Shown here one piece after another: positions 59,905 to 59,957 of a stretch of 59,957 nucleotides of DNA (its first letter is position 1; every line of letters begins with the position of its first letter). The DNA is from a virus. The stretch lies in the IMG/VR virus record IMGVR_UViG_3300047160_003019, positions 1 to 59,957 of that record, one strand, 5' to 3'. Below the pieces are notes generated by a model. That model had not been told where the DNA came from, did not search any database, and saw only the letters and a list, made by a program, of their open reading frames with translations. A program made the position numbers and the translations under genes.

Positions 59905-59957
59905 CGATTAAAAGGGCTGGCGGCCCGCAGGGGCAGTGGGAGGATGGGGCTCACGCC
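59860..59957. repeat. second copy of the terminal overlap (identical to 1-98)
   Basis: Verbatim identity. Confidence 0.9.

Noticed and set aside
1-59957. tRNA, rRNA, reverse transcriptase/DGR, integrase, transposase and toxin-antitoxin genes
   Set aside because: I saw no cloverleaf-type T-arm (GGTTCGAATCC-like) in any intergenic region. I also recognised no RT (YxDD), tyrosine/serine recombinase or DDE motifs in the ORF translations. These absences rest on reading by eye; tRNAscan-SE and profile searches should confirm them.

Overview
The window is one complete tailed-phage genome of about 59,859 bp with a podovirus-like layout. It is written as a circular permutation: bases 1-98 recur verbatim at 59860-59957.

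Rightward arm (2202-35649, + strand):
- An accessory cluster of predicted secreted proteins: a PEP-CTERM protein, an 881-aa beta-helix protein and a small signal-peptide protein.
- Small genes, including a GcrA/Myb-like HTH protein and a HAD phosphatase.
- Large terminase, a repeat-rich fibre and the portal.
- Three virion-protein genes with a shared N-terminus; two are paralogous HExxH zincins.
- Scaffold, major capsid, gp4-like and gp10-like head-completion/tail-hub genes, and five small paralogous fibre-like genes.
- A coiled-coil/collagen-like fibre, a sulfotransferase-like plus GNAT gene pair, and four ejection-type proteins.

Leftward arm (59250 down to 35624, plus 1454 down to 48, - strand), early and replication genes:
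- ArdC-like zincin, UvrD-like helicase and a HIRAN protein.
- Cas4-like nuclease and an AAA_24/RecA-like ATPase.
- A ParB-DNA methyltransferase fusion.
- A family A DNA polymerase split into a UDG-like/3'-5' exonuclease gene and a polymerase gene, with two small genes between them.
- A P-loop helicase.

I found no tRNA, integrase, CRISPR array, reverse transcriptase or recognisable endolysin.

The signals most worth a second look are:
- A shared C-terminal peptide, (T)SAAQLGL(V/K)(R/K), on four unrelated early proteins. It resembles a sliding-clamp-binding motif.
- Five perfect 13-bp direct repeats plus a 31-bp palindrome in the gene-free junction region.
- A palindromic ~23-bp motif, TTCATT-N-AATGAA-N2-3-TGGCCA, at 7-8 intergenic sites. 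Three of them directly abut near-consensus sigma70-type promoters.
- A phage-borne PEP-CTERM protein.
- Tandem zincin paralogues of the polyvalent-protein type in the head module.
- An over-represented 11-mer, CCCGCAGGGGC.
- Several long perfect hairpins and duplicated translation-initiation cassettes.

All functional calls rest on motifs read by eye and on synteny. No database search was run.
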